A program made the position numbers and the translations under genes. From Chiloscyllium plagiosum (taxonomy: Eukaryota), in assembly GCF_004010195.1 (NCBI RefSeq), contig NC_057720.1, positions 15,578,430 through 15,642,429 on the forward strand: a stretch of DNA of 64,000 bases. Direction: 5' to 3'. The first letter of the stretch is position 1; the number at the start of each line of letters is the position of its first letter. Below the pieces are notes generated by a model that searched no databases, was not told the DNA's origin, and was given only the letters and a program-made list of their open reading frames with translations. This document shows positions 39,281 through 51,809 of this stretch, one piece after another.

Positions 39281-39922
39281 CAAGCGAAATTGACTTTAGT
39301 GTTAGGTGTATTAGTCAGAGGGAAACAGGTCTGGGTGGGTTGCTCTTCGGAACATCAGTGTGAACTTGTTGGGCTGAAAGGCCTGTTTCCAATCTGTAGG
39401 GAATGTAATCTAATTTATATTCCAAAAGCTTAAGCAGAAATAGGCCATTCAGCCCATTGAGTCTGTGCCACTATTCCATGAGATAATATCTGATCATCCT
39501 GCCTGTATCCCGCCTCACAATTGATTCCTCTACTGACTAATCTTAATTTGAACTATATATATGTATTGAAAGATTAATGAGGAAGTTGAGATTTTATGAT
39601 TAATTTTGGATAGCTATGATCACACAAGCAAAGTATGTCTGTTGATTAATCCAATGTTATATTATTCTGTTTAAATTGCACCTGATGTTGATTTTAGTTC
39701 TTTGATATGATAAACCTCTGCTTAGCCTCACTTGACAAAGGAATGCACTCTGGGAGTGCGAATAGAGTGAAGATAGTAGCTTTCCAGAGTATCTGTTTCA
39801 CTTTAATTCCATTTCCCAAAGCCAGATTGTGAGAGCATGCAAATGTCAAGGTTGTATAAGGTGAGTTAACATCCTCCCAGCTCATTAAATTCTTATCAGG
39901 CAATAGAGAAGATGGAGAGGCA

Positions 39923-41065
39923 AGTTGTTGGAGGGAATCCTAAGGCACAGGATGTACATGTATTTGGAAAGGCAAGGACTGATTCGGGATAGTCAACATG
40001 GCTTTGTGCGTGGGAAATCATGTCTCACAAACTTGATTGAGTTTTTTGAAGAAGTAACAAAGAAGATTGATGAGGGCAGAGCAATAAATGTGATCTATAC
40101 GGACTTCAGTAAGGCATTAGACAATGTTCCCCATGGGAGACTGATTAGCAAGGTTAGATCTCATGGAATACAGGGAGAACTAGCCATTTGGATACAGAAC
40201 TGGCTCAAAGGTAGAAGACAGAGGGTGGTGGTGGAGGGTTGTTTTTCAGACTGGAGGCCTGTGACTAGTGGAGTTCCACAAGGATCGGTGCTGGGTCCTG
40301 TTTCCACACTGTAGGGAATCTAATCTACTTATACACTTAATGGTAAGGTGCAGGGCAGTGTTGCTAAACAAAGAGACCTTGGAGTGCAGGTTCATAGTTG
40401 CTTGAAAGTGGAGTTGCAGGTAAGTAGTATAGTGAAAAAGGCGTTTGGTACGCTTTCCTTTATTGGTCAGAGCATTGAATATAGGAGTTGGAAGGTCATG
40501 TTGCAGCTGTACAGGACACTGGTTAGGCCACTTTTAGAATATTACATGCAATTCTGGTCTCCCTCCTATCGGAAGTATGTTGTGAAACTTGAAAGGGTTC
40601 AGAAAAGGTTTACAAGGATGTTGCCAGGGTTGGAGGATTTCAGCCATAGGGAAAGGCTGAACAGGCTAGGGCTGTTTTCCATAGAGTGTCAGAGGCGGAG
40701 GGGTGCCCTTACAGAGGTTAATAACATCATGAGGGGCATGGATAGGGTAAATAAACAAAGTCTTTTCCCTGGGATTGGGGAGCCTAGAACTGGAGGGCAT
40801 AGATTTAGGGTGAGAGGGGAAAGATGTAAAAGAGACCTAAGGGGCAACTTTTTCACGCAGATGGTGGTACATGTATGGAATGAGCTGCCAGAGGAAGTGG
40901 TGGAGGCTGGAACAATTGCAACAGTTAAGAGGCATTTGGATGGATTTGGAAGAGATATGGGCCGGGTGCTGGCAGGTGGGACTAGATTGGGTTGGGATAT
41001 CTGGTCGGCATGGACAGGTTGGACCGAAGGGTCTGTTTCCATGCTGTACATCTCTATGACTCTCT
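39923..41065 (+). mobile_element. CR1/HER1 LINE with the RT core replaced by an HE1 tail
   Basis: ORFs 39925-40314 (QHGFVRGKSCLTNL, DFSKALD, GVPQGSVLGP) and 40348-41109. Confidence 0.9.
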
Positions 41066-42329
41066 ATGAGAGAGAGCTATTGGCCAAAGGAAATCATGAG
41101 GACACATGAATGACATTTTCTATTCGAGTTAACTTTGTAACACAGGTGAGTAGAGTGGTTTTATTTGTAATTTCTGCCATATACAACTGATGCAGTAAAA
41201 ACGAGACAGCGTTCTCCAGGACTGAGGGTGCTACATGGTCAGTATAAACAACTCAATCATACACTGCATAAAGTGCATAAGAAGTGTAAAACAAGCAAGG
41301 TACACTGTATTACGAGAGTGACAATAATGTATGTTTAAGCTTGTGCAATACAATTTTTAGAATTTTAGTACTCAGGACTGTGCTTACCTTCCCTGAAAAT
41401 ACCAGAACATTTCACCACTTCATCCTTTTTGTACCCCGTCTAAAAGACTTGTTTACATGATTACTTTGTGAAGTTCTGTATATTGTCTTGAAGTTATATG
41501 CAAACTTTTCCACTGCATTCTTTGTCTTAAAAAAAAAACTGTGACAGGAAACTCATCACAAGCTCCCAGAACCAGAGAGGCAAAAAAAAAACATGGCCTT
41601 GAAGAAAGCACAAATGATCAGTGATCATTGTCAAATTTATTGGGATGGTTACCAATGAAATGAAAATTGAAATGAATGAGTTGAAGAGTTTCAATCATTG
41701 GGTCTTTCCTAAACGAATGGGAAAAGGGAATATCATAAACCATCCTCTTATGTTATCAAATAGTTACAAGGTAAATATTACAAACCACAAAGAAGTAGTT
41801 GAACCCATCAATAACTGAGAAGTTAAGGAGCCAGTCAGGAGATAGTGGGAGATGATGTGAGTTAATATCCATCATCCTGAAGAGCCAATTTGAGATTGAT
41901 CCCTTCAGCAAGTTAATAATAAACCTTACCTCACTGATGCCATTGGAATGTAATGATACAATTAATCATGTGTGGATTGTGGCTTTGAATGTGTTAACAA
42001 ACAATAGCTTTCAGTGACCAAGGTGTCCACAATGTTTGAGATTGAAGATAGGCTGCTGTCCGGTTGAAAGCTGAAGAAAGCACAATTGTCCCCGTGCCCT
42101 GAGCTGAATTGGAAACTGTGATGTCCCTGCTTGCTTTGATAAGTATGATTTATATCTTAAGGAAAGCTTCCTGCGTTACTGCACCAGACTGTCTCCTGTT
42201 GCCTTAAAGTCTCAAATGAACAAATAAATATTGGGATATGAATTGACCTTGTAATCTGGAACTCACATCTATTCAAAAATAACAACATTTCTAAATGCTC
42301 ATTTCAGCCCATATTATAAGTGTAGGCAA

Positions 42330-42820
42330 TAGCCGCGTGGTATTAGCCTTAGGCAATTAATCCAGATCCAAAATCAGAAATGGTAGAAAAACTCAACAGG
42401 TCAGGCAGCCTCTGCGGAGAAAAAGCAGAGTTAATGATTCTGGTGCATTCACCTTTCTTTAGAGTTTCTGATTTTGTTTCTGATTTCCAGCATTTGCAAT
42501 TCCTTGTTTTGTTTTGTTTAATGTCCTGGGGACCTGGGTTCAAATCTCACTATGGCAGAAATGGAATTTAAATTCAATTTTTAAAAAAACATCTAGTGCA
42601 CAGAGTCTGAGGATGGCCATGAAACTGCTGCTGATTGTCGGAAAAGCCTATCTGGTTCATTAATGTCTTTTAGGGAAGGAAACTGCCATCCTTACCTGGT
42701 CTGGCCTAATGTAATTCCAGACTCACACAATGTAATTGACTCTTAACTGCCCTCTGGGCAATTAGGGATGGGCAATAAATGCTGGCCCAACTAGTGATGC
42801 CCTCATTCTGTGAATGATTA
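42330..42820 (+). mobile_element. tRNA-headed SINE with L2/CR1-like tail, with a PLE hairpin nested at about 42365-42517
   Basis: B-box-like 'gggttcaaatc' and tail 'gggcaattagggatgggcaataaatgctggcc'. Confidence 0.8.
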
Positions 42821-42865
42821 TTTAAAACATTCTTATCTACTTTACAATTATTTACAATTTGTTTT

Positions 42866-43196
42866 GGATTAGAGATTAGATTAGATTAGATTTTAGATTA
42901 CTTTACAGTGTGGAGACAGGCCCTTCGGCCCAACAAGTCCACACCGACCCGCCGAAGCGTAACCCACCCATACCCCTACATTTACCCCTTACCTAACACT
43001 ACGGGCAATTTAGCATGGCCAATTCACCTGACCTGCACATCTTTGGACTGTGGGAGGAAACCGGAGCACCCGGAGGAAACCCACGCAGACACGGGGAGAA
43101 CGTGCAAACTCCACACAGTCAGTCGCCTGAGGCGGGAATTGAACCCGGGTCTCTGGCGCTGCGAGGCAGCAGTGCTAACCACTGTGCCACCGTCCC
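42866..43196 (-). mobile_element. Young full-length HE1 SINE
   Basis: Intact A and B boxes, CpGs retained, (tctaa)n tail. Confidence 0.95.
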
Positions 43197-43860
43197 AAAT
43201 TATCCTATTTTAGTTAAATTGTTTTTGGGATTGGAATACTGGTTCTCCAACACAAAGATTGATGCCAATACTCTGATTGCAATAGCCTAAACTTTGTCTA
43301 GTGGGGTACTGATAACTATAGTTGGCATTTCCAACTTTTATTTTTACAGACAGTGAGCTGCTAATGTGTACCTGCACCTAGTTCATTACTCATCGATATC
43401 CTTACGGAATACAGATTCCGGCTGGTAGATTCTCTATCCATCTATTCTTTCTGAATCCTGCTACCATTGACATCTCTTCAGTCAATACAATCTATATCTG
43501 CCTTGCACATTTACTCCAAATCCCAAACTCCCCAGTGTAGTTAGTTTTAACCCACAACGGACTCACCCATTCTGTCCAATTGCTTAGATCCTAGGAATGC
43601 TCATTTTTATCATCAAATCCCTGATGCAGCCAGTATCAAACTCATACATGCACAGCCTATTGTGGACCCCTGCATATACACTCACACAACTTCTTTGAGA
43701 TCTTAACTATCCCACAGGACGGGTCTGATTCATTCAACCCTGCAACCGAGTCTCCAGCTCCCTCAAGCGCTCCATTACGAAATCCTTGAAGTCTATCCTC
43801 TTGTTGGACACCCTCACTGAGATTTCCTGGATTTTTGGTTTCCAACTAATCTTACTCTGT

Positions 43861-44866
43861 TGTTATGCAAGTGTAGGTATGTACTGTACCTTTAAGAGAC
43901 AGAGAGGAAACTGGCAAGGATGGAAAGCACAGATTGTGCTGAACAATTTAAAAACAAAACATTTGGTTGACGCAAATAGCTGGTGCTGTGTTGCCATGAT
44001 ACAAAAACAAATTCACATTCGGCCAGTCAGTTTAAACTATGCCCAAAGACCAAAATCCAATCAAATTTGAATTTTACTGTTTGGGATGACATCAACCCAA
44101 TAAAATTATCTGAAGTTTTGGGATATAAAACAGGACATTTTGAACAGTTTGGGGGGAGAACTGCAAAGAGCATCAACAAAACAGACTGCTCACTGAATAG
44201 CTCTCTGAAAGGTACCTGTCCGTATGAAACGTTGTGCAGCAAAGGACTGAACAAATGATGACACAGGAAAATACACAGGAAAATCTAAAAAGGCAAATCG
44301 ACCAGTCTGGCTGGTTTTGAAACGTGATTATTTTTCTGTAAATCTTACGGTTTTTTTATTGGACCAGTATTGTAGAGTGGGAGGTAAAAGATAGGTTTAA
44401 GAGAAAGGAGTCATAAATTGTTGTGGTTTAAATGTTGTCTGTTGAATTTAAAGAATAAAATTGTTAATTTTTACTTTATATAGTGAAATTTGGGATAGTT
44501 CTTTGCCTCTCTAAATTTAACAGAATCTGGTGCAAGGTGTACTTGATTACATCAGATTCCCTACAGTGTGGAAACAGGCCCTTCGGCCCAACAAGTCCAC
44601 ACCGACACTCCGAAGAGTAACCCACCCAGACCCATTCCCCCTAACTAATGCACCTAATTTTATGGGCAATTTTACCATGGCCAATTCACCTAACCTGCAC
44701 ATCTCTGGACTGTGGGAGGAAACCCACGCAGACACAGGGAGACTGTGCAAACTCCACATAGACAGTCATCTGAGGCTGGAATCGAACCACTGAGTCCTGT
44801 GCTGCCCCACAGCTTCTCTGTGTGTTGGGTTTAAATTAGCAGAGGGGTTTACCCCATGTCATAACA
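43861..44866 (+). mobile_element. Solo LTR with a nested HE1 SINE (about 44545-44810, minus strand)
   Basis: Perfect 7-bp inverted termini TGTTATG...CATAACA. TSD CTGT/CTGC. TATA-like 'gatataaaa' at about 44122 and AATAAA at about 44454. Confidence 0.8.
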
Positions 44867-45325
44867 CTGCCACAGGTGATTAGCATAGTTAGCCAAATCC
44901 TAGCAATTTGAACAGATCATTAGAATCTTAGAAAATTGAACACAGTTTGGGCTCACAATGAATGTAAACAAGCAGTTCAGCAGGTTCCTTTTCCAACTTT
45001 TGGTCAAGTGTTCACAGCCAATTTCACTTCAAATGCATATCCAAGAGCCTATGAATGTGATCAGGATTTCTGCCTCGATTAATCTTTCAAGTAGTAAGTA
45101 CCAGACCCTCATCATTCTCAGGGGATCGAACCTCCCCTCAACCTCCCTCTGAATCTTCTACAATTGTTTTAACTCTTTGCCCCTAGTGAACTCTCTGCTG
45201 AGGGAATGAGTTCTTCCTATTGTAAGAGATTCAGTTCCGTTCTTCTTCCATGATCCTTTAACCCTGGAAGCAGAAGAATAAAATGCATGTGACAAATGGG
45301 GCTCAAATTAACTCACCATTTGTTA

Positions 45326-45668
45326 AGTTAAAAATCACACAACACCAGGTTATAGTCCAACAGGTTTAATTGGAAGCACACTAGCTTTCACTTCTGTTAG
45401 AATACAGTGAAACTATCACTGTATTCTAGCAGATGAAAGGCTTAACAGACAATCAATTTTTCAATGTATAATTTCAGTTACATCACACTGTAAATTTTTG
45501 CTATAAATTCTGTGTTACAATCGAGCCCTCCACTATCACCAGATGAAGGAGCGTCGCTCCGAAAGCTAGTGTGCGTCCAATTAAACCTGTTGGACTATAA
45601 CCTGGTGTTGTGTGATTTTTAACTTTGTACACCCCAGTCCAACACCGGCATCTCCGAATCATGACTAC
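45326..45668. mobile_element. PLE mini-element of another family with about 64-bp inverted repeats
   Basis: Arms at 45326-45389 and 45561-45625. Hammerhead-like CAC CAGATGA aGGAGC gtc GCTCC GAAA GCTA GTG at 45537-45571. Confidence 0.75.
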
Positions 45669-46219
45669 ATTTATTAGGTTGTTAAACAATTACACCACTA
45701 CACCCTTCATGATTTGACTGGAGATTACAATCTCCACATGGTCATTACTGGTGCAGCTTGAAGATTAGATTTGCAAATGATGGCCCCAATCCTTCTTAAC
45801 CTCAGTGCAGTGCCCATGGTTTGAAGTTCTCTTATTTTTGATGTCCCAGTCACACTATCACACACCTGGGACTCAGGTGTAAATTCAGTTAACAGCTGCT
45901 AGATTGCTTCGTCTTTCACACCTCTTTATCTCAGCCTTTCAATTGCCTGGGCTACTTGGAACTGCAATTCAGAGACAATTCACTATCTCCTCCCCTGTTG
46001 TTTCCACAGCAGTAAGATAATGTGATGGGCCTCGTAGTGACGGACACTTAGTTTATAACCTGTTCAGGTGTTAATGCTTCCCTTCCATTCTTGTCAGAAA
46101 CCAATGATTCAGAATTGCAGTTCCTTTTGGTATTGTCCAGTGTTCATGTCCTCCAAACTGATTGTGAGTCAGAGTTTCAGTCAGCCGAATCATTCTGTGC
46201 ATCATTGTTAACTGATCAA

Positions 46220-46352
46220 AGTCAGAAGGAACTGCAGATGCTGGAAATCAGAAAGAGAAACAGAAATTGCTGGAAAATCTCAGCATATCTGGCAGCATCT
46301 GTGGAGAGAAACCAGAGTTAATGTTTCAGATCCAGTGACCCTTTCTCAGAGC
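46220..46352 (-). mobile_element. PLE terminal-repeat remnant
   Basis: Degenerate core CTGAGAA-agggtc-actg-gatct-GAAAC on the minus strand. Confidence 0.65.
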
Positions 46353-46879
46353 TGTTACAAATTAACTGATTCATGCCCTTCAATATCCAGGACCTTCATA
46401 TCTACATGTACCCCAATGAAATCTCTCCTTGTGCAGTGCTGTCCCAAAAATATAGGCTCGTGGCTTTTTGAGCTTTTAATCATTGAGAACATTTTCAGTT
46501 CTTGGCAACATCTTCCTAAACCTCCATGTGCCTCAGAAAGTATTGAATTAGTATTATTGTCATATGTACTCGAATGAGGACAGTGAAAAGTTTACAATTC
46601 GCTACTTACGGTGCCATCTTAGTAACAAAGGTGAACATTCATCCCTACAAGTTTTTAGGAAAAATAAGTTAGGAAAATAAAGAAATAAAAAGTCCAGCAT
46701 TGCAGATTTTAGGAATAAATTTAAAGTATAGAGAAATAAGTAGTTCAGAACAGCCCTTCCCCATCGATCCAGCCAGTACCTAGGCTCCAGTTTGCTCTAG
46801 GCCTTGTCACGAAGCTTCATCAGGCTTCACCTCGGGGATCCCAAGGCCGGGAAGACTACTCTGGAATCACCTTGAAACC

Positions 46880-47598
46880 AGAGGTTCATGCTGAGGCCAC
46901 ACCGGGCCAAGAGACTGTCGTGCTGGACTGAGAGACTGTCACAGCGGCTGAGAGACTGTCACATCGGCAACTTTGATCTCCAGCATCTGCAGACCTCACT
47001 TTCTCCCCCAGGGCTGAGAGACCATCAGGCCGGGCCGAGAGACCATCAGGCCGGGCCGAGACACCATCAGGCCGGGCTGAGAGACCATCAGGCCAGGCCG
47101 AGAGACCATCAGGCCGGGCTGAGAGACCATCAGGCTGGGCCGAGAGACCATCAGGCCAGGCCGAGAGACCATCAGGCCGGGCTGAGAGACCGTCAGGCTG
47201 GCCGAGAGACTGTCAGGCCGGACTGAGAGACCATCAGGCCGGGCCGAGAGACCGTCAGGCCAGGCCGAGAGACCGTCACATCGGGCTGAGAGACCATCAG
47301 GCCAGGCCGAGAGACTGTCACATCAGACCGAGAAACCGTCATGCCCGGCCAAGAGACTGTCAGGCCGGGCCGAGAGACTGTCACACCAGGCCGAGAGACT
47401 GTCACATTGGGCCAAGAGACTGTCTCTTCGGGCCGAGAGACTGTCACGCCGGGCCAAGAGACTGTCAGGCTGTGCCGAGCGACTGTCACACCAGGCCAAG
47501 TGACTGTCACATCGGGTCGAGAGACTGTCACATCGGGCCGAGAGACCGTCACATCAGGCCAAGAGACCGTCAGGCCGGGCCGAGAGACCGTCACGCCT
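46880..47598. repeat. 21-bp GC-rich minisatellite (gccgagagacc(a/g)tcaggccgg)
   Basis: Direct tandem copies. It produces the repetitive ORFs RDHQAGP and VTVSRPG. Confidence 0.95.
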
Positions 47599-47654
47599 GT
47601 TACATCTCAGCTGGAGTGTTGTGGTGTAGCTCTGGGTCCCACATTATTGGAAAG

Positions 47655-48030
47655 ACATAATCTACTAAGATGGATTCAGGAATGAAAGACCTCAGCAATC
47701 AGGGTAGATTAAAGGTGTTGGGACTTTTCTCCCTGAAGAGAAGAAGACTGAGAGGTGACTTGATTGAAGTTTTCAAAATCATGAACTGACAGGACAGAGC
47801 GGATGGGGGGAAACTGTTTACTGCTTGTTAAAGAAACCGGAACGAGGGGGTATCGGTTTAAAGTGATGTGAGAAGAAATACCTTTTCACTCGCAGTTATT
47901 AAGATATGGAATGCATTTCTGGGAATCATGGCAGAGGCAGCTTCAACTGAGGCATTCAAGAGTGCATTGGGTGGTTACTTAGTTAGAAATGGTGTGTAGT
48001 GATATGGGAAAAACGGTGGTGAGATTGGTA
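47655..48030 (+). mobile_element. Old CR1 3' fragment
   Basis: 'agaagactgagaggtgacttgattgaagttttcaaaatc' encodes RRLRGDLIEVFKI. Confidence 0.75.
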
Positions 48031-48282
48031 TTATGGAATAGAACATGATGTCCCCAATGTTGTATAACATTGGGAGGAGCTCAATGTGGTCTCCAACATT
48101 AAATCTTTCTGAGTAATTCCTTTCTCAAACAGCTGTCTTCCTGAGGAGTTCAAACAATGAGCAGGAAAGCATCAAAACCAGCAGCCTGCTGGCAGGAAAA
48201 ATATCAATTGTACTTATTAACAAGCCAATCAACCTTAATATTACGCTGCCCTTACCATAGTACACTAGGCACGGCAGATGGT

Positions 48283-48410
48283 AAAAATAAGGACTGCAGA
48301 TGCTGGAAACCAGACTCTCGATTAGAGTGGTGCTGGAAAAGCACAGCAGGTCAGGCAGCATCCGAGGAGCAGGAAAATCGATGTTTCGGGCAAAGGCCTT
48401 TCATCAGGAA
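48283..48410 (-). mobile_element. PLE terminal repeat
   Basis: Minus-strand core CTGATGA-aAGGC-cttt-GCCC-GAAAC at 48383-48407. Confidence 0.75.
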
Positions 48411-48659
48411 ATTTACCTGTTGTTTAAAAGCAAGGTGGGAAAGGGGAGTACATGTTCTGAAGCGGATTGTGTCCTGTGTGCCTACCATCCCATCAGGGCA
48501 CCAAAACCACCCTATTCCTTGGCTTCTGGAAGACTCTCCAGGAAGCTAGTTACAGTTATGGTAGCAGCCATTCCTGAAATTCGGTGTTGCTGGGAATGCT
48601 GGAGATGATGTACAATCAGCTGAGGATGTCCAAATTAATTAAGTCAATTTTCTCAAAGA

Positions 48660-49395
48660 GGCAAGTCAATACATGCTGAAGAATAGGACCCTGGGTAGCA
48701 CTGAGCATCAGAATGATCGCGGTGTACATGTAAACAAGTCCCATAAGGAATCAGGAGAAGTGAATAAAGTGGTTAAGAAGTGGGAGACTTGTCTTTATTA
48801 GTTGAGCATAGGCTTTAATAGCAGGGAGGTTATGCTGGAACTGTAGAAAGTGTTGGTTATTCCACAGCTAGAGTATGTCTGCAGTTCTGGAATCCACGTT
48901 ATAGGAAGGCTGTGATAGCGCTGGAGAGGATACAGAAGACATTGACCAGGATGTTGGCTGGGCTGGAGATTTGCTGTTATGAAGAAAGAATGGACTAACT
49001 GGGATTGTTTTCCTTACAGCAGAGAAGACTGAGATGTATAAAAATGATGTGAGGGATAGGTAGGGTAGACAGGAAGAAACTTTGCCCTTTGTTCGAGGGA
49101 TCAATGACCAGGGGCATATATTCAGGGGGGAATAGGCAGAAGGTTTAGAGGGGCTGCGAGGAAGAAGCTTTTCACTCAGAGGGTGCTGAGAATCTGGAAC
49201 TCACTGCCTGGAAATGTGGGAGGGACAGAAACCCTCCTAATATGTAGATGGGCTCTTGCAATGACAAGGCAGGCAAAGCTATGGGCCAAGTGATGGCAAA
49301 TGAGACTGGAATAATTAGGTGGATATTTTTGACTGGCACAGAAGTGTTGGATCAAAGGGTCTTCCTCTGTGTTATAGATTTCTCTGACTCTATGA
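48660..49395 (+). mobile_element. Degenerate CR1 3' fragment
   Basis: Similar to the CR1 ORF2 C-terminus and tail. Confidence 0.7.
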
Positions 49396-50257
49396 TCAGT
49401 GTTCATGACCAGATGAAAAGTGTTGCTAAACATATCAGGATATCATTGCCTTTCAGGTGCTGATTGAACCAATATCCAGTATCTTCTGCTTTGACCAGAC
49501 TGAATTTCATTCATAAGATTCTTAAACCAAGGCCTTTGTTGCTCCTGAGCACAATAAAATTCGCATTGAGTGCCTGATGATATTTACCCAAAAGACAAAC
49601 ATAAGCAACCTGGTGGATATATTGGTACAGATTTACAAACGCACTTCTGTTTGGGTAATCAGTATTTCAAAATATATTAAGATGATTTAAAAGAAGAAAA
49701 GTAGTCAATTTTACAATTTTTTTTTGTCTCAAGCTAGAACAGATTATTTGTTGTCTGTATTTCCTTGGTAGCAGATCGGTTGTTATGGTAACAGTGCAAC
49801 AGTGTACACCTCAAAATCTATTCTGAAGGGCTTGGAATTCCAACTTTACTCACAGGCCTTGTTGATGATGTCACCCAACTCTTCCTCAACGTCTGGATAA
49901 AACAATGCCTACGTCTTTAACATCTTCTAACATAGTTTTCAAATCTCTCCATGGCCACTTCCTCCAGACCTTCAAAGCTACAAGAATTCTCCATTCCTCC
50001 AACCATTAATCCCTTGTGCATCCCCCATTTCCTTCACCCTACCTTCAGCGGCCATACCTTAGGTTGACTGACCCTTGGCTCGAGAACATGCCCCCCATTT
50101 CGCTCTCCTTCTTTCAAACCATCTTATTGGTTGCTGTCTTAATGTCTCCTTCTTTGCTGCAGGGTCAACTCGTGTGACAACATTTGCATGATTGTATAAA
50201 AGCAGGAAATGCTGCAAACATTCAGCATGTATAACACTATGTTTCACTACATCAAAC

Positions 50258-50447
50258 ATGGAGCGTTGAAGGCTGAGGGGTGACCTCATAGAGGTTTACA
50301 AAATTATGAGGGGCATGGCTAGGATAAATAGACAAAGTCTTTTCCCTGGGGTGGGAGTAGATTGGGTTGGGATATCTGGTCGGCATGGACGGATTGGACC
50401 GAAGGGTCTATTTCCATGCTGTGCATCTCTATTACTCTATGACTCTA
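50258..50447 (+). mobile_element. Internally deleted HER1 3' end
   Basis: Jumps from 'ttccctggggtggg' to 'agtagattgggttggg'. Confidence 0.8.
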
Positions 50448-50579
50448 AATGCAAAATGTTGTCAAATTGGTTTTGCTCTTGGTGCAGGGTTAACTTAAGT
50501 CATCAACAGTGAATGACTTTGGGAGAAGGCTTTTGTATCCTGGTCTTGAGCTTCATATAAACCTATCCCACTTCTATGT

Positions 50580-51665
50580 AATTAATTTAATTTGACTTGA
50601 TTTATTATTGTCACATGTACTGAGATACAGAGGAAAGTATTGTTTTGCCTGCTGTCCAGACAAATCATATTTTCATTAATAATCAGGGTAATAGAACAGA
50701 ATGCAGAATATAGTGTTATAGCTACAGAGAAGGCGTAGAGAAAGATCAACTCTAGTGTATGAGAGGTCTGTGCATAAATCTGATAACAGCGGGAAAAAAG
50801 CTGTTCTTGAATCTGTTGGTATTTGCATCTTCTGCCCAATAGAAGAGGGTGGAAGAGAGTCTAACGGGGTGGGAAGAATCTTTGATGATGTTGGCTGCTT
50901 TCCCGAGGCAGCGGGAAGTATAGGTGGAGTCAATGGATGGAAAGCTGGTTTGTGTGATGGACTGGGTTGCGTTCACAGCTCTCTGTCCTTTCTTGCGATC
51001 TTGGGCACAGCAGTTGCCATATCAAGCTGTGATGCATCTGAATAGGATACTTTCTATGGTACATCTATAAAAAATTGGTAAGAGTCATTGTGGACATGCC
51101 AAATTTCCTTAGCCTCCTGAGGAAGTAGAGGCATTGGTGTGCCTTCTTGAATGTAGCATCAAGGTGGATGGACCAGGACAGATTGTTGGTGATTGTTATT
51201 TCGAAGGACTTGAAGCTGTTGACCACCTCCACCTCAGCACCATTGATACAGACAGGGATGTGTCCTCCACTCTACTTCCTGAAGTTAATAACTATTTCCT
51301 GTGTTTTGAGAGATTGTTATTTTTACACCCTGCCACTAAGCTATCAAACTCTTTCCTGTACTCAACCCACCAATGTAATGTCTTCTGCAAATTTGTAAAT
51401 GGAGTCAGAGCTGAATTTGGCCACACAATTGTGAGTGTTTAAGGAGTATAGTAAAAGATTGAGTACACAGCCTTGTGGGGTACTGGTGTTGAGGATCATT
51501 GTGGAGGAGCTGTTGTTGCCTGTCCTTACCTCTGTTGTTGCCTCTGTGGGTCTGCAAGTCCAGGATCTAGTTGCAGGTGGGGAGCAGAGTCCTAGCTCTC
51601 GGAGTTTGGAGATGAGTTTTGTTGGAATTATGCTGTTGAAGGTGGAGCTAAAGTCAAGAAATAGT
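50580..51665 (-). mobile_element. Rex1/Babar-like LINE 3' part
   Basis: Colinear with 1825-2625. Includes the RT region (TPQGCVL, FAEDI on the minus strand). Confidence 0.85.
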
Positions 51666-51809
51666 CAAGAATTTTTTTTATACACTGTAAAATTGAAGTC
51701 AGAAGAAAAGAAATAGAATAGGATGGGATGGTATTTCCCCATTGTCAGTTTAACGCAACTGCCAAAGCCCAATTTCACATCCATTGTGACCCCACTTGTG
51801 GTATTTCTT

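Larger units (their letters stand above)
37381..39415 (+). mobile_element. HE1 SINE split by a Tx1 element and a PLE hairpin
   Basis: Head at 37381-37412, continuation at 38938-39077, tail at 39281-39415. Confidence 0.85.

Noticed and set aside
43120..43196. tRNA gene
   Set aside because: It is the tRNA-derived head of an HE1 SINE and continues into the V domain.
46888..47685. Repetitive ORFs (RDHQAGP, VTVSRPG) or a CRISPR-like array
   Set aside because: It is a contiguous 21-bp minisatellite with no unique spacers, in a eukaryotic context with no cas genes.
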